Positions 27,201 to 42,017 of a stretch of DNA of 64,000 bases are shown piece by piece. The position numbers and the translations under genes are program-made. The number at the start of each line of letters is the position of its first letter. Within the stretch, counting starts at the first letter, position 1. The notes below the pieces were generated by a model that ran no database searches, was not told where the DNA came from, and worked only from the letters and a program-made list of their open reading frames with translations. The stretch comes from Nemertoderma westbladi (lineage: Eukaryota > Animalia > Xenacoelomorpha). The stretch covers positions 1 through 64,000 of the forward strand of contig JAUCBJ010006959.1 of assembly GCA_032718475.1 (NCBI GenBank), given 5' to 3'.

Positions 27201-28200
27201 ATTTACTTTTAACCTGGTAACTTGTGGTGGAAGCCATGGTTGGTAAATCTGGTAATCAATCACATCACATGTCATTTTCGATTTTCTTTTGACCTGGTAA
27301 CTTTGTGGTGGAAGCCATAGTTGGTAAATCTGGTAATCAATTACATGTCAGTTTCTTTTGACCTGGTAACTTTGTGGTGGTAGCCACGGCTGGTAAATCT
27401 GGTAACCAATCACATGTCATTTACTTTTAACCTGGTAACTTGTGGTGGATGCCATGGTTGGTAAATCTGGTAATCAATTACATGTCAGTTTCTTTTGACC
27501 TGGTAACTTTGTGGTGGAAGCCATGGCTGGTAAATCTGGTAACCAATCACATGTCATTTACTTTTAACCTGGTAACTTGTGGTGGAAGCCATGGTTGGTA
27601 AATCTGGTAATCAATCACATCACATGTCATTTTCGATTTTCTTTTGACCTGGTAACTTTGTGGTGGAAGCCATAGTTGGTAAATCTGGTAATCAATTACA
27701 TGTCAGTTTCTTTTGACCTGGTAACTTTGTGGTGGTAGCCACGGCTGGTAAATCTGGTAACCAATCACATGTCATTTACTTTTAACCTGGTAACTTGTGG
27801 TGGAAACTATGGTTGGTAAATCTGGTAATCAATCACATCACATGTCATTTTCGATTTTCTTTTGACCTGGTAACTTTGTGGTGGAAGCCATTGTTGGTAA
27901 ATCTGGTAATCAATCACATGTCATTTTCTTTTGACCTGGTTACTTTGTGGTGGAAGCCATGGTTGGTAAATCTGGTAATCAATCACATGTCATTTTCTTT
28001 TGACCTGGTTACTTTGTGGTGGAAGCCATTGTTGGTAAATCTGGTAATCAATCACATGTCATTTTCTTTTGACCTGGTAACTTTGTGGTGGAAGCCATTG
28101 TTGGTAAATCTGGTAATCAATCACATGTCATTTTCTTTTGACCTGGTTACTTTGTGGTGGAAGCCATGGTTGGTAAATCTGGTAATCAATCACATGTCAT

Positions 28201-28360
28201 GTTTGATCGATTATGCGGGGACTGGTATGGTATAATACATAATTATTGCTCATTGTAACTGTGTAATGGAGTTGTTACCATCTGTACTGCATGCAATATG
28301 CTATTGATCATTTAGTGCGTTTTTGCGAAAATTATAATATACATATCGGTAAAAAAAAAA
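28201..28360 (+). mobile_element. ~160-bp retroposed insertion with A10 tail inside the satellite (copy 1)
   Basis: Non-satellite sequence ending in A10, flanked by target-site duplication (AA)TCACATGTCAT. Confidence 0.85.
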
Positions 28361-31300
28361 TCACATGTCATTTTCATTTGACCTGGTAACTTTGTGGTGG
28401 ATAAGCCATTGTTGGTAAATCTGGTAATCAATCACATCACATGTCATTTTCGATTTTCTTTTGACCTGGTAACTTTGTGGTGGAAGCCATGGTTGGTAAA
28501 TCTGGTAATCAATTACATGTCAGTTTCTTTTGACCTGGTAACTTTGTGGTGGTAGCCACGGCTGGTAAATCTGGTAACCAATCACATGTCATTTACTTTT
28601 AACCTGGTAACTTGTGGTGGAAACCATGGTTGGTAAATCTGGTAATCAATCACATCACATGTCATTTTCGATTTTCTTTTGACCTGGTAACTCTGTGGTG
28701 GAAGCCATGGTTGGTAAATCTGGTAATCAATCACATCACATGTCATTTTCTTTTGACCGGGTAACTTTGTGGTGGAAGCCATGGTTGGTAAATCTGGTAA
28801 TCAATCACATGTCCTATTCCTTTGACCTGGTAACTTTATGGTGGAAGCCATGGTTGGTAAATCTGGTAATCAATCACATGTCATTTTCTTTTGACCTGGT
28901 AACTTTGTGGTGGAAACCATGGTTGGTAAATCTGGTAATCAATCACATGTCCTACAGTATTCCTTACCTTTGACCTGGTAACTTTATGGTGGAAGCCATG
29001 GTTGGTAAATCTGGTAATCAATCACATCACATGTCATTTACTTTTAACCTGGTAACTTTGTGGTGGAAGCCATGGTTGGTAAATCTGGTAATCAATCACA
29101 TGTCCTACAGTATTCCTTTGACCTGGTAACTTTATGGTGGAAGCCATGGTTGGTAAATCTGGTAATCAATCACATGTCATTTTCTTTTGACCTGGTAACT
29201 TTGTGGTGGAAACCATGGTTGGTAAATCTGGTAATCAATCACATCACATGTCATTTTCTTTTGACCTGGTAACTTTGTGGTGGAAGCCATGGTTGGTAAA
29301 TCTGGTAATCAATCACATGTCATTTTCATTTGACCTGGTAACTTTGTAGTGGAAGCCATGGTTGGTAAATCTGGTAATCAATCACATGTCATTTACTTTT
29401 AAACTGGTAACTTTGTGATGGGAGCCATGGATGGTAAATCTGGTAACCAATCTCATCACATGTGGTTTTCTTTTGACCTGGTAACTTTGTGGTGGAAGCC
29501 ATGGTTGGTAAATCTGGTAATCAATCACATGTCCTATTCCTTTGACCTGGTAACTTTGTGGTGGAAGCCATGGTTGATAAATCTGGTAATCAATCACATG
29601 TCATTTACTTTTAAACTGGTAACTTTGTGATGGGAGCCATGGATGGTAAATCTGGTAATCAATCACATGTCATTTTCATTTGACCTGGTAACTTTGTGGT
29701 GGAAGCCATGGTTGGTAAATCTGGTAATCAATCACATGTCATTTACTTTTAAACTGGTAACTTTGTGATGGGAGCCATGGATGGTAAATCTGGTAATCAA
29801 TCACATCACATGTGGTTTTCTTTTGACCTGGTAACTTTGTGGTGGAAGCCATGGTTGGTAAATCTGGTAATCAATCACATGTCCTATTCCTTTGACCTGG
29901 TAACTTTGTGGTGGAAGAAATTGTTGGTAAATCTGGTAATCAATCACATGTCATTTTCTTTTGACCTGGTAACTTTGTGGTGGAAGCCATGGTTGGTAAA
30001 TCTGCTAATCAATCACATGTCCTATTCCTTTGACCTGGTAACTTTGTGGTGGAAGCCATGGTTGATAAATCTGGTAATCAATCACATGTCAATTTCTTTT
30101 GACCTGGTAACTTGTGGTGGAAGCCATGGTTGGTAAATCTGGTAATCAATCACATGTCATTTTCTTTTGACCTGGTAACCTTGTGGTGGAAACCATGGTT
30201 GATAAATCTGGTAATCAATCACATGTCATTTTCTTTTGACCTGGTAACTTTGTGATGGGAGCCATGGATGGTAAATCTGGTAATCAATCACATGTCCTAC
30301 AGTATTCCTTTGACCTGGTAACTTTGTGGTGGAAGCCATTGTTGGTAAATCTGGTAATCAATCACATGCCATTTACTTTTAACCTGGTGACTTTGTGGTG
30401 GAAGCCATGGTTGGTAAATCTGGTAATCAATCACATGTCAATTTCTTTTGACCTGGTAACTTTGTGGTGGAAACCATGGTTGGTAAATCTGGTAATCAAT
30501 CACATCACATGTCATTTACTTTTAACCTGGTAACTTTGTGGTGGAAGCCATGGTTGGTAAATCAGTAATCAATCACATGTCCTACAGTATTCCTTTGACC
30601 TGGTAACTTTATGGTGGAAGCCATGGTTGGTAAATCTGGTAATCAATCAAATGTCATTTTCTTTTGACCTGGTAACTTTGTGGTGGAAACCATGGTTGGT
30701 AAATCTGGTAATCAATCACATCACATGTCATTTTCTTTTGACCTGGTAACTTTGTGGTGGAAGCCATGGTTGGTAAATCTGGTAATCAATTACATGTCAT
30801 TTACTTTTAAACTGGTAACTTTGTGATGGGAGCCATGGATGGTAAATCTGGTAATCAATCACATCACATGTGGTTTTCTTTTGACCTGGTAACTTTGTGG
30901 TGGAAGCCATGGTTGGTAAATCTGGTAATCAATTACATGTCATTTTCATTTGACCTGGTAACTTTGTGGTGGAAGCCATGGTTGGTAAATCTGGTATCAA
31001 TCACATGTCATTTACTTTTAAACTGGTAACTTTGTGATGGGAGCCATGGATGGTAAATCTGGTAATCAATCACATCACATGTGGTTTTATTTTGACCTGG
31101 TAACTTTGTGGGGGAAGCCATGGTTGGTAAATCTGGTAATCAATCACATGTCCTATTCCTTTGACCTGGTAACTTTGTGGTGGAAGCCGTGGTTGGTAAA
31201 TCTGGTAATCAATCGATTGTCCTACAGTATTCCTTTGGACTGGTAACTTTGTGGTGGAAGCAATAATGGGTAAATCTGCTAATCAATCACATGTCCTATT

Positions 31301-31652
31301 GCTTTGACCTGGTAACTTTGTGGTGGAAGCCATGGTTGGTAAATCTGGTAATCAATCACATGTCAATTTCTTTTGACCTGGTAACTTGTGGTGGAAGCCA
31401 TGGTTGGTAAATCTGGTAATCAATCACATGTCATTTACTTTTAACCTGGTAACTTGTGGTGGAAACCATGGTTGGTAAATCTGGTAATCAATCACATCAC
31501 ATGTCATTTTCGATTTTCTTTTGACCTGGTAACTTTGTGGTGGAAGCCATTGTTGGTAAATCTGGTAATCAATCACATGTCATTTTCTTTTGACCTGGTA
31601 ACTTTGTGGTGGAAGCCATGGTTGGTAAATCTGGTAATCAATCACATGTCAT

Positions 31653-31812
31653 GTTTGATCGATTATGCGGGGACTGGTATGGTATATTACATAATTATTG
31701 CTCATTGTAACTGTGTAATGGAGTTGTTACCATCTGTACTGCATGCAATATGCTATTGATCATTTAGTGCGTTTTTGCGAAAATTATAATATACATATCG
31801 GTAAAAAAAAAA
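31653..31812 (+). mobile_element. Same retroposed insertion (copy 2, carried by a ~3.45-kb segmental duplication)
   Basis: Near-identical to 28201-28360 (one visible substitution), same TSD and same flanking monomer variants. Confidence 0.85.
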
Positions 31813-34800
31813 TCACATGTCATTTTCATTTGACCTGGTAACTTTGTGGTGGATAAGCCATTGTTGGTAAATCTGGTAATCAATCACATCACATGTCATT
31901 TTCGATTTTCTTTTGACCTGGTAACTTTGTGGTGGAAGCCATGGTTGGTAAATCTGGTAATCAATTACATGTCAGTTTCTTTTGACCTGGTAACTTTGTG
32001 GTGGTAGCCACGGCTGGTAAATCTGGTAACCAATCACATGTCATTTACTTTTAACCTGGTAACTTGTGGTGGAAACCATGGTTGGTAAATCTGGTAATCA
32101 ATCACATCACATGTCATTTTCGATTTTCTTTTGACCTGGTAACTCTGTGGTGGAAGCCATGGTTGGTAAATCTGGTAATCAATCACATCACATGTCATTT
32201 TCTTTTGACCGGGTAACTTTGTGGTGGAAGCCATGGTTGGTAAATCTGGTAATCAATCACATGTCCTATTCCTTTGACCTGGTAACTTTATGGTGGAAGC
32301 CATGGTTGGTAAATCTGGTAATCAATCACATGTCATTTTCTTTTGACCTGGTAACTTTGTGGTGGAAACCATGGTTGGTAAATCTGGTAATCAATCACAT
32401 GTCCTACAGTATTCCTTTGACCTGGTAACTTTATGGTGGAAGCCATGGTTGGTAAATCTGGTAATCAATCACATCACATGTCATTTACTTTTAACCTGGT
32501 AACTTTGTGGTGGAAGCCATGGTTGGTAAATCTGGTAATCAATCACATGACCTACAGTATTCCTTTGACCTGGTAACTTTATGGTGGAAGCCATGGTTGG
32601 TAAATCTGGTAATCAATCACATGTCATTTTCTTTTGACCTGGTAACTTTGTGGTGGAAACCATGGTTGGTAAATCTGGTAATCAATCACATCACATGTCA
32701 TTTTCTTTTGACCTGGTAACTTTGTGGTGGAAGCCATGGTTGGTAAATCTGGTAATCAATCACATGTCATTTTCATTTGACCTGGTAACTTTGTAGTGGA
32801 AGCCATGGTTGGTAAATCTGGTAATCAATCACATGTCATTTACTTTTAAACTGGTAACTTTGTGATGGGAGCCATGGATGGTAAATCTGGTAACCAATCT
32901 CATCACATGTGGTTTTCTTTTGACCTGGTAACTTTGTGGTGGAAGCCATGGTTGGTAAATCTGGTAATCAATCACATGTCCTATTCCTTTGACCTGGTAA
33001 CTTTGTGGTGGAAGCCATGGTTGATAAATCTGGTAATCAATCACATGTCATTTACTTTTAAACTGGTAACTTTGTGATGGGAGCCATGGATGGTAAATCT
33101 GGTAATCAATCACATGTCATTTTCATTTGACCTGGTAACTTTGTGGTGGAAGCCATGGTTGGTAAATCTGGTAATCAATCACATGTCATTTACTTTTAAA
33201 CTGGTAACTTTGTGATGGGAGCCATGGATGGTAAATCTGGTAATCAATCACATCACATGTGGTTTTCTTTTGACCTGGTAACTTTGTGGTGGAAGCCATG
33301 GTTGGTAAATCTGGTAATCAATCACATGTCCTATTCCTTTGACCTGGTAACTTTGTGGTGGAAGAAATTGTTGGTAAATCTGGTAATCAATCACATGTCA
33401 TTTTCTTTTGACCTGGTAACTTTGTGGTGGAAGCCATGGTTGGTAAATCTGCTAATCAATCACATGTCCTATTCCTTTGACCTGGTAACTTTGTGGTGGA
33501 AGCCATGGTTGATAAATCTGGTAATCAATCACATGTCAATTTCTTTTGACCTGGTAACTTGTGGTGGAAGCCATGGTTGGTAAATCTGGTAATCAATCAC
33601 ATGTCATTTTCTTTTGACCTGGTAACTTTGTGGTGGAAACCATGGTTGATAAATCTGGTAATCAATCACATGTCATTTTCTTTTGACCTGGTAACTTTGT
33701 GATGGGAGCCATGGATGGTAAATCTGGTAATCAATCACATGTCCTACAGTATTCCTTTGACCTGGTAACTTTGTGGTGGAAGCCATTGTTGGTAAATCTG
33801 GTAATCAATCACATGCCATTTACTTTTAACCTGGTAACTTTGTGGTGGAAGCCATGGTTGGTAAATCTGGTAATCAATCACATGTCAATTTCTTTTGACC
33901 TGGTAACTTTGTGGTGGAAACCATGGTTGGTAAATCTGGTAATCAATCACATCACATGTCATTTACTTTTAACCTGGTAACTTTGTGGTGGAAGCCATGG
34001 TTGGTAAATCAGTAATCAATCACATGTCCTACAGTATTCCTTTGACCTGGTAACTTTATGGTGGAAGCCATGGTTGGTAAATCTGGTAATCAATCAAATG
34101 TCATTTTCTTTTGACCTGGTAAATTTGTGGTGGAAACCATGGTTGGTAAATCTGGTAATCAATCACATCACATGTCATTTACTTTTAACCTGGTAACTTT
34201 GTGGTGGAAGCCATGGTTGGTAAATCAGTAATCAATCACATGTCCTACAGTATTCCTTTGACCTTGTAACTTTATGGTGGAAGCCATGGTTGGTAAATCT
34301 GGTAATCAATCAAATGTCATTTTCTTTTGACCTGGTAAATTTGTGGTGGAAACCATGGTTGGTAAATCTGGTAATCAATCACATCACATGTCATTTTCTT
34401 TTGACCTGGTAACTTTGTGGTGGAAGCCATGGTTGGTAAATCTGGTAATCAATTACATGTCATTTACTTTTAAACTGGTAACTTTGTGATGGGAGCCATG
34501 GATGGTAAATCTGGTAATCAATCACATCACATGTGGTTTTCTTTTGACCTGGTAACTTTGTGGTGGAAGCCATGGTTGGTAAATCTGGTAATCAATTACA
34601 TGTCATTTTCATTTGACCTGGTAACTTTGTGGTGGAAGCCATGGTTGGTAAATCTGGTATCAATCACATGTCATTTACTTTTAAACTGGTAACTTTGTGA
34701 TGGGAGCCATGGATGGTAAATCTGGTAATCAATCACATCACATGTGGTTTTCTTTTGACCTGGTAACTTTGTGGTGGAAGCCATGGTTGGTAAATCTGGT

Positions 34801-37800
34801 AATCAATCACATGTCCTATTCCTTTGACCTGGTAACTTTGTGGTGGAAGCCGTGGTTGGTAAATCTGGTAATCAATCGATTGTCCTACAGTATTCCTTTG
34901 GACTGGTAACTTTGTGGTGGAAGCAATAATGGGTAAATCTGCTAATCAATCACATGTCCTATTCCTTTGACCTGGTAACTTTGTGGTGGAAGCCATGGTT
35001 GGTAAATCTGGTAATCAATCATATGTCCTACAGTATTGCTTTGACCTGGTAACTTTGTGGTGGAAGCCATGGTTGGTAAATCTGGTAATCAATCACATGT
35101 CAATTTCTTTTGACCTGGTAACTTGTGGTGGAAGCCATGGTTGGTAAATCTGGTAATCAATCACATGTCATTTACTTTTAACCTGGTAACTTTGTGGTGG
35201 AAGCCATGGTTGGTAAATCTGGTAATCAATCACATGTCCTATTCCTTTGACCTGATAACTTTGTGGTGGAAGCCATGGTTGGTAAATCTGGTAATCAATC
35301 ACATGTCATTTTCTTTTGACCTGGTAACTTTGTGGTGGAAACCATGGTTGGTAAATCTGGTAATCAATCACATGTCATTTACTTCTAACCTGGTAACTTT
35401 GTGGTGGAAGCCATGGTTGGTAAAACTGGTAATCAATCACATGTCAATTTCATTTGACCTGGTAACTTTGTGGTGGAAGCCATGGTTGGTAAATCTGGTA
35501 ATCAATCACATGTCATTTACTTTTGACCTGGTAACTTTGTGGTGGAAGCCATGTGTTGGTAAATCTGGTAATCAATCACATGTCCTATTCCTTTGACCTG
35601 GTAACTTTGTGGTGGAAGAAATTGTTGGTAAATCTGGTAATCAATCACATGTCATTTTCTTTTGACCTGGTAACTTTGTGGTGGAAGCCATGGTTGGTAA
35701 ATCTGCTAATCAATCACATGTCATATTCCTTTTGACCTGGTAACTTGTGGTGGAAGCCATGGTTGGTAAATCTGGTAATCAATCACATGTCATTTTCTTT
35801 TGACCTGGTAACTTTGTGGTGGAAACCATGGTTGATAAATCTGGTAATCAATCACATGTCATTTTCTTTTGACCTGGTAACTTTGTGATGGGAGCCATGG
35901 ATGGTAAATCTGGTAATCAATCACATGTCCTACAGTATTCCTTTGACCTGGTAACTTTGTGGTGGAAGCCATTGTTGGTAAATCTGGTAATCAATCACAT
36001 GCCATTTACTTTTAACCTGGTAACTTTGTGGTGGAAGCCATGGTTGGTAAATCTGGTAATCAATCACATGTCAATTTCTTTTGACCTGGTAACTTTGTGG
36101 TGGAAACCATGGTTGGTAAATCTGGTAATCAATCACATCACATGTCATTTACTTTTAACCTGGTAACTTTGTGGTGGAAGCCATGGTTGGTAAATCAGTA
36201 ATCAATCACATGTCCTACAGTATTCCTTTGACCTGGTAACTTTATGGTGGAAGCCATGGTTGGTAAATCTGGTAATCAATCAAATGTCATTTTCTTTTGA
36301 CCTGGTAACTTTGTGGTGGAAACCATGGTTGGTAAATCTGGTAATCAATCACATCACATGTCATTTTCTTTTGACCTGGTAACTTTGTGGTGGAAGCCAT
36401 GGTTGGTAAATCTGGTAATCAATTACATGTCATTTTCATTTGACCTGGTAACTTTGTGGTGGAAGCCATGGTTGGTAAATCTGGTATCAATCACATGTCA
36501 TTTACTTTTAAACTGGTAACTTTGTGATGGGAGCCATGGATGGTAAATCTGGTAATCAATCACATCACATGTGGTTTTCTTTTGACCTGGTAACTTTGTG
36601 GTGGAAGCCATGGTTGGTAAATCTGGTAATCAATCACATGTCCTATTCCTTTGACCTGGTAACTTTGTGGTGGAAGCCGTGGTTGGTAAATCTGGTAATC
36701 AATCGATTGTCCTACAGTATTCCTTTGGACTGGTAACTTTGTGGTGGAAGCAATAATGGGTAAATCTGCTAATCAATCACATGTCCTATTCCTTTGACCT
36801 GGTAACTTTGTGGTGGAAGCCATGGTTGGTAAATCTGGTAATCAATCATATGTCCTACAGTATTGCTTTGACCTGGTAACTTTGTGGTGGAAGCCATGGT
36901 TGGTAAATCTGGTAATCAATCACATGTCAATTTCTTTTGACCTGGTAACTTGTGGTGGAAGCCATGGTTGGTAAATCTGGTAATCAATCACATGTCATTT
37001 ACTTTTAACCTGGTAACTTTGTGGTGGAAGCCATGGTTGGTAAATCTGGTAATCAATCACATGTCCTATTCCTTTGACCTGATAACTTTGTGGTGGAAGC
37101 CATGGTTGGTAAATCTGGTAATCAATCACATGTCATTTTCTTTTGACCTGGTAACTTTGTGGTGGAAACCATGGTTGGTAAATCTGGTAATCAATCACAT
37201 GTCATTTACTTCTAACCTGGTAACTTTGTGGTGGAAGCCATGGTTGGTAAAACTGGTAATCAATCACATGTCAATTTCATTTGACCTGGTAACTTTGTGG
37301 TGGAAGCCATGGTTGGTAAATCTGGTAATCAATCACATGTCATTTACTTTTGACCTGGTAACTTTGTGGTGGAAGCCATGGTTGGTAAATCTGGTAATCA
37401 ATCACATGTCCTATTCCTTTGACCTGGTAACTTTGTGGTGGAAGAAATTGTTGGTAAATCTGGTAATCAATCACATGTCATTTTCTTTTGACCTGGTAAC
37501 TTTGTGGTGGAAGCCATGGTTGGTAAATCTGCTAATCAATCACATGTCAATTTCTTTTGACCTGGTAACTTGTGGTGGAAGCCATGGTTGGTAAATCTGG
37601 TAATCAATCACATGTCATTTTCTTTTGACCTGGTAACTTTGTGGTGGAAACCATGGTTGATAAATCTGGTAATCAATCACATGTCATTTTCTTTTGACCT
37701 GGTAACTTTGTGATGGGAGCCATGGATGGTAAATCTGGTAATCAATCACATGTCCTACAGTATTCCTTTGACCTGGTAACTTTGTGGTGGAAGCCATTGT

Positions 37801-39895
37801 TGGTAAATCTGGTAATCAATCACATGCCATTTACTTTTAACCTGGTAACTTTGTGGTGGAAGCCATGGTTGGTAAATCTGGTAATCAATCACATGTCAAT
37901 TTCTTTTGACCTGGTAACTTTGTGGTGGAAACCATGGTTGGTAAATCTGGTAATCAATCACATCACATGTCATTTACTTTTAACCTGGTAACTTTGTGGT
38001 GGAAGCCATGGTTGGTAAATCAGTAATCAATCACATGTCCTACAGTATTCCTTTGACCTGGTAACTTTATGGTGGAAGCCATGGTTGGTAAATCTGGTAA
38101 TCAATCAAATGTCATTTTCTTTTGACCTGGTAACTTTGTGGTGGAAACCATGGTTGGTAAATCTGGTAATCAATCACATCACATGTCATTTTCTTTTGAC
38201 CTGGTAACTTTGTGGTGGAAGCCATGGTTGGTAAATCTGGTAATCAATTACATGTCATTTTCATTTGACCTGGTAACTTTGTGGTGGAAGCCATGGTTGG
38301 TAAATCTGGTATCAATCACATGTCATTTACTTTTAAACTGGTAACTTTGTGATGGGAGCCATGGATGGTAAATCTGGTAATCAATCACATCACATGTGGT
38401 TTTCTTTTGACCTGGTAACTTTGTGGTGGAAGCCATGGTTGGTAAATCTGGTAATCAATCACATGTCCTATTCCTTTGACCTGGTAACTTTGTGGTGGAA
38501 GCCGTGGTTGGTAAATCTGGTAATCAATCGATTGTCCTACAGTATTCCTTTGGACTGGTAACTTTGTGGTGGAAGCAATAATGGGTAAATCTGCTAATCA
38601 ATCACATGTCCTATTCCTTTGACCTGGTAACTTTGTGGTGGAAGCCATGGTTGGTAAATCTGGTAATCAATCATATGTCCTACAGTATTGCTTTGACCTG
38701 GTAACTTTGTGGTGGAAGCCATGGTTGGTAAATCTGGTAATCAATCACATGTCAATTTCTTTTGACCTGGTAACTTGTGGTGGAAGCCATGGTTGGTAAA
38801 TCTGGTAATCAATCACATGTCATTTACTTTTAACCTGGTAACTTTGTGGTGGAAGCCATGGTTGGTAAATCTGGTAATCAATCACATGTCCTATTCCTTT
38901 GACCTGATAACTTTGTGGTGGAAGCCATGGTTGGTAAATCTGGTAATCAATCACATGTCATTTTCTTTTGACCTGGTAACTTTGTGGTGGAAACCATGGT
39001 TGGTAAATCTGGTAATCAATCACATGTCATTTACTTCTAACCTGGTAACTTTGTGGTGGAAGCCATGGTTGGTAAAACTGGTAATCAATCACATGTCAAT
39101 TTCATTTGACCTGGTAACTTTGTGGTGGAAGCCATGGTTGGTAAATCTGGTAATCAATCACATGTCGTATTCCTTTGACCTGGTAACTTTGTGGTGGAAG
39201 CCATGGTTGGTAAATCTGGTAATCAATCACATGTCATTTACTTTTAACCTGGTACAGTAACTTCCAATAACTTGAAGTGATGGACGGTGCGTAGCGATGA
39301 TTTTAAATCGAATCTCCCGTAATCAATACAGATTGGAATACAGTACCGGTATTTCTGATGGAAATACAGCTGAATACATATATTTATCAATGTCCTCATC
39401 ATGAATTTAATTAATTGGAGTGTCAAAAGACGCGCAAGACTCTCCGCTTTCAATTGATAAGCCACGTGTGAAATGATTGAGATTTAATGTGTATTTGAAT
39501 CGATCGAAAATCTCTCTCCATATAAACCAAAATAAAAAATTATCAGGTCACTGCGAAATGACGTCAAATATGTAGCAGCCAAACACAGCCGATTTTCAAA
39601 ATTGGGCTCCCGCGCTTACTTAAACCGGCCATTTCGACCTATTCCTCGTGTTTTTACAAAAAACACACCCCGCCACTCGATTCAGGACACCTTTCTACCC
39701 CTTATTCAATTGTTTCTAGTCCAAAAATTTTTTCGCGCACCAACCACCAAAACCCTTTTCATTTATTTAAATATTACCATCTGATAATAAGGTAACCAAG
39801 GCGTCCTAAACGCTAGGCCGTGCAGCTTAAATTTCTAGTTAACTTCCTAACTCGAGGATGGAAAATTCAACTGTGAATGTCACCGGAAAAAGATC

Positions 39896-40058
39896 GCACC
39901 CCCCCCCCCCCCCCCCTAACTTAATGTTTCCGCCGGTGACCTGGGCACGCAAGCACCCCCCCCCCCCCTAACTTAATGTTTCCGCCGGTGACCTGGGCAC
40001 GCAAGCACCCCCCCCCCCCCCCCTAACTTAATGTTTCCGCCGGTGACCTGGGCACGCA
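39896..40058. repeat. Three tandem copies of a ~52-58-bp unit with a variable poly-C run
   Basis: GCA(C)nTAACTTAATGTTTCCGCCGGTGACCTGGGCACGCAA x3. Confidence 0.9.
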
Positions 40059-42017
40059 ACTTTTTATGTCGATAACAGATAAGAAAAGGAAAATTAAACG
40101 GATTCCATGATACTGTATTTTAAAGGCCAACAAAAACCAATACCCAATGTATAAATAAACTAATTAGTTAGGCCTACATCGGTATACAAAAACTATTACT
40201 TATAATTACTGTTTAGATATTCTAGAACGATAAAAGATATCTTAAGTTTTGCTAGCGATATAAAGCTACCCTAAAATACTGAATCTGTCATTACCAAGGC
40301 GTATTAAAGCGCTAAAATAACCAAGCGTATTGGTCTTGGTCATTACCGATTGATCGATTATATTATGTACCGGTAACTAAAACAACACACCTACTGCTTA
40401 CGAATTTGTACTTTACAGTCAGTATACTGTATTTTCGCTTGTCATGCCATCGTTATCTTAGAAGAATGAGTTACATTATAGGCCCTCGTGCCGCAAACAA
40501 CAGAAGCGACTACCATAGGCTATTATAGGCCGGCATACCTTAGAGGAATATAACAAACAATAATACTACTATACTACATTATGTCAAGGCCACGATCGCT
40601 TTCTACAATGGGTATCTTGAAATTCAAAGTGTTGTTGATCGGTAATGATTTCTTACTAGAATAATATATTATTATTATTTATGTTATACTGTAGCAGCTA
40701 CAGTATACAGTGTACTTACTTTACCTACTTCAAGTTTATAGACGGCTAAACGAACGTGTTCCCTGAGTCCTTCAAAATTGTAACGGCGCTCATAAACAGC
40801 GTATAATGCTGCATATGATTAATAGGTAATTTTATGTTGCAGTCAATCCGTTTATTGTTTTGTTTAAAAAACACGGCCTCTGTAACCTGCTCCATTCCGT
40901 TAATTTTCATATTCTAAGTAGGTGAGATACAGTAGAAGTTGTATTTTCGCATACAATATTTTGCTACAAGAGTTAAAATAAGTCGATATTGCACCAGTTA
41001 CACCACCGTTATTCTTCAAACTTATAGTCGAGTAAATCTAGTCCGAACCAAATTTATTAATATTCTATATTACCTTGTTAATGCCAAACAAAAATTTATA
41101 TAAAATTTTATATTGCGGATCATGTTTATTCATGAAAATTCCGCGCAAATTTGCATAACACAAGCCAAACAAAAGGAGCAGTAGGCGCGCCTAGGGAAGA
41201 GTAAGTGGCAAATTAGTAATGCTCCAGTATAATTTAATTAATTTCACAATAAGCTGCGATTCAATGGGAAATTAGTAATATTTACACTGGCGTGTTGCAC
41301 ATTAATTGCCATATCTCGGAAACTAGAAGTCGCATCAAATTTTTAAATGTATTAAATTATTAGCGATATATTAAGGAAACAGCTGTAAAGAAAAAAATAC
41401 AATTCCACTGCAAGGAAATTTCATAATTTCCATTAATGTTAGTGAAGATTGGAAGATAATAAAATTTGGATTGCAGTATTGAATTTACAGAACTGTACGT
41501 GTAATTAATTTATTTGTTTTAGTTTAAAAATCACAGACTTAGTTAATCATATGTATTGGTATTTTTTTGGGAATAAGGGGTTCTGGGGTCGACAAATGGA
41601 TAGTACTTAAGTCATATCTGAACCTATCTGAACCCAATCTGTACCCAATCTCAAGAATTATACCAAATCTGAACCCAATCTGAATCGAAAATAGAAAGAG
41701 GGGTGAAAATTATAAATTTTTGCATTAATAATTTTGAAATTTGAAGAAATTTTTCATATCTTTTTTCATATTTAAATTTTGTATTGTACCGCCTGCAGCT
41801 GCAGTACTACAGTACTGCTGACAGCATACATCTGTACATAGGCTACCTACATTACAATTCTTACAGCTCCAGGCAGGCCTACTACATTTAGGCCTACTGC
41901 TGTGTATCAATGTATGTATGTATGCAGTCGTTAGCGTTATAGCTCACAGCTACCTGGTACCGGTAGGCGGTACTACTACTACTACTAGGATCGGCATGCT
42001 GCATTGCAGCTGCACTT

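Larger units (their letters stand above)
20493..39254. repeat. ~69-bp satellite (68-81-bp variants), ~18.8 kb, with higher-order repeats
   Basis: Consensus GACCTGGTAACTTTGTGGTGGAAGCCATGGTTGGTAAATCTGGTAATCAATCACATGTCATTTTCTTTT; identical pseudo-ORFs recur at offsets of 1570, ~3450 and ~1826 bp. Confidence 0.98.

Noticed and set aside
20493-39254. CRISPR-like look (constant block plus variable linker) and dozens of WWKPWLVNL ORFs
   Set aside because: Linkers are a small recurring set of related short variants, not unique spacers; no cas genes; eukaryotic context. The ORFs are translations of the satellite.
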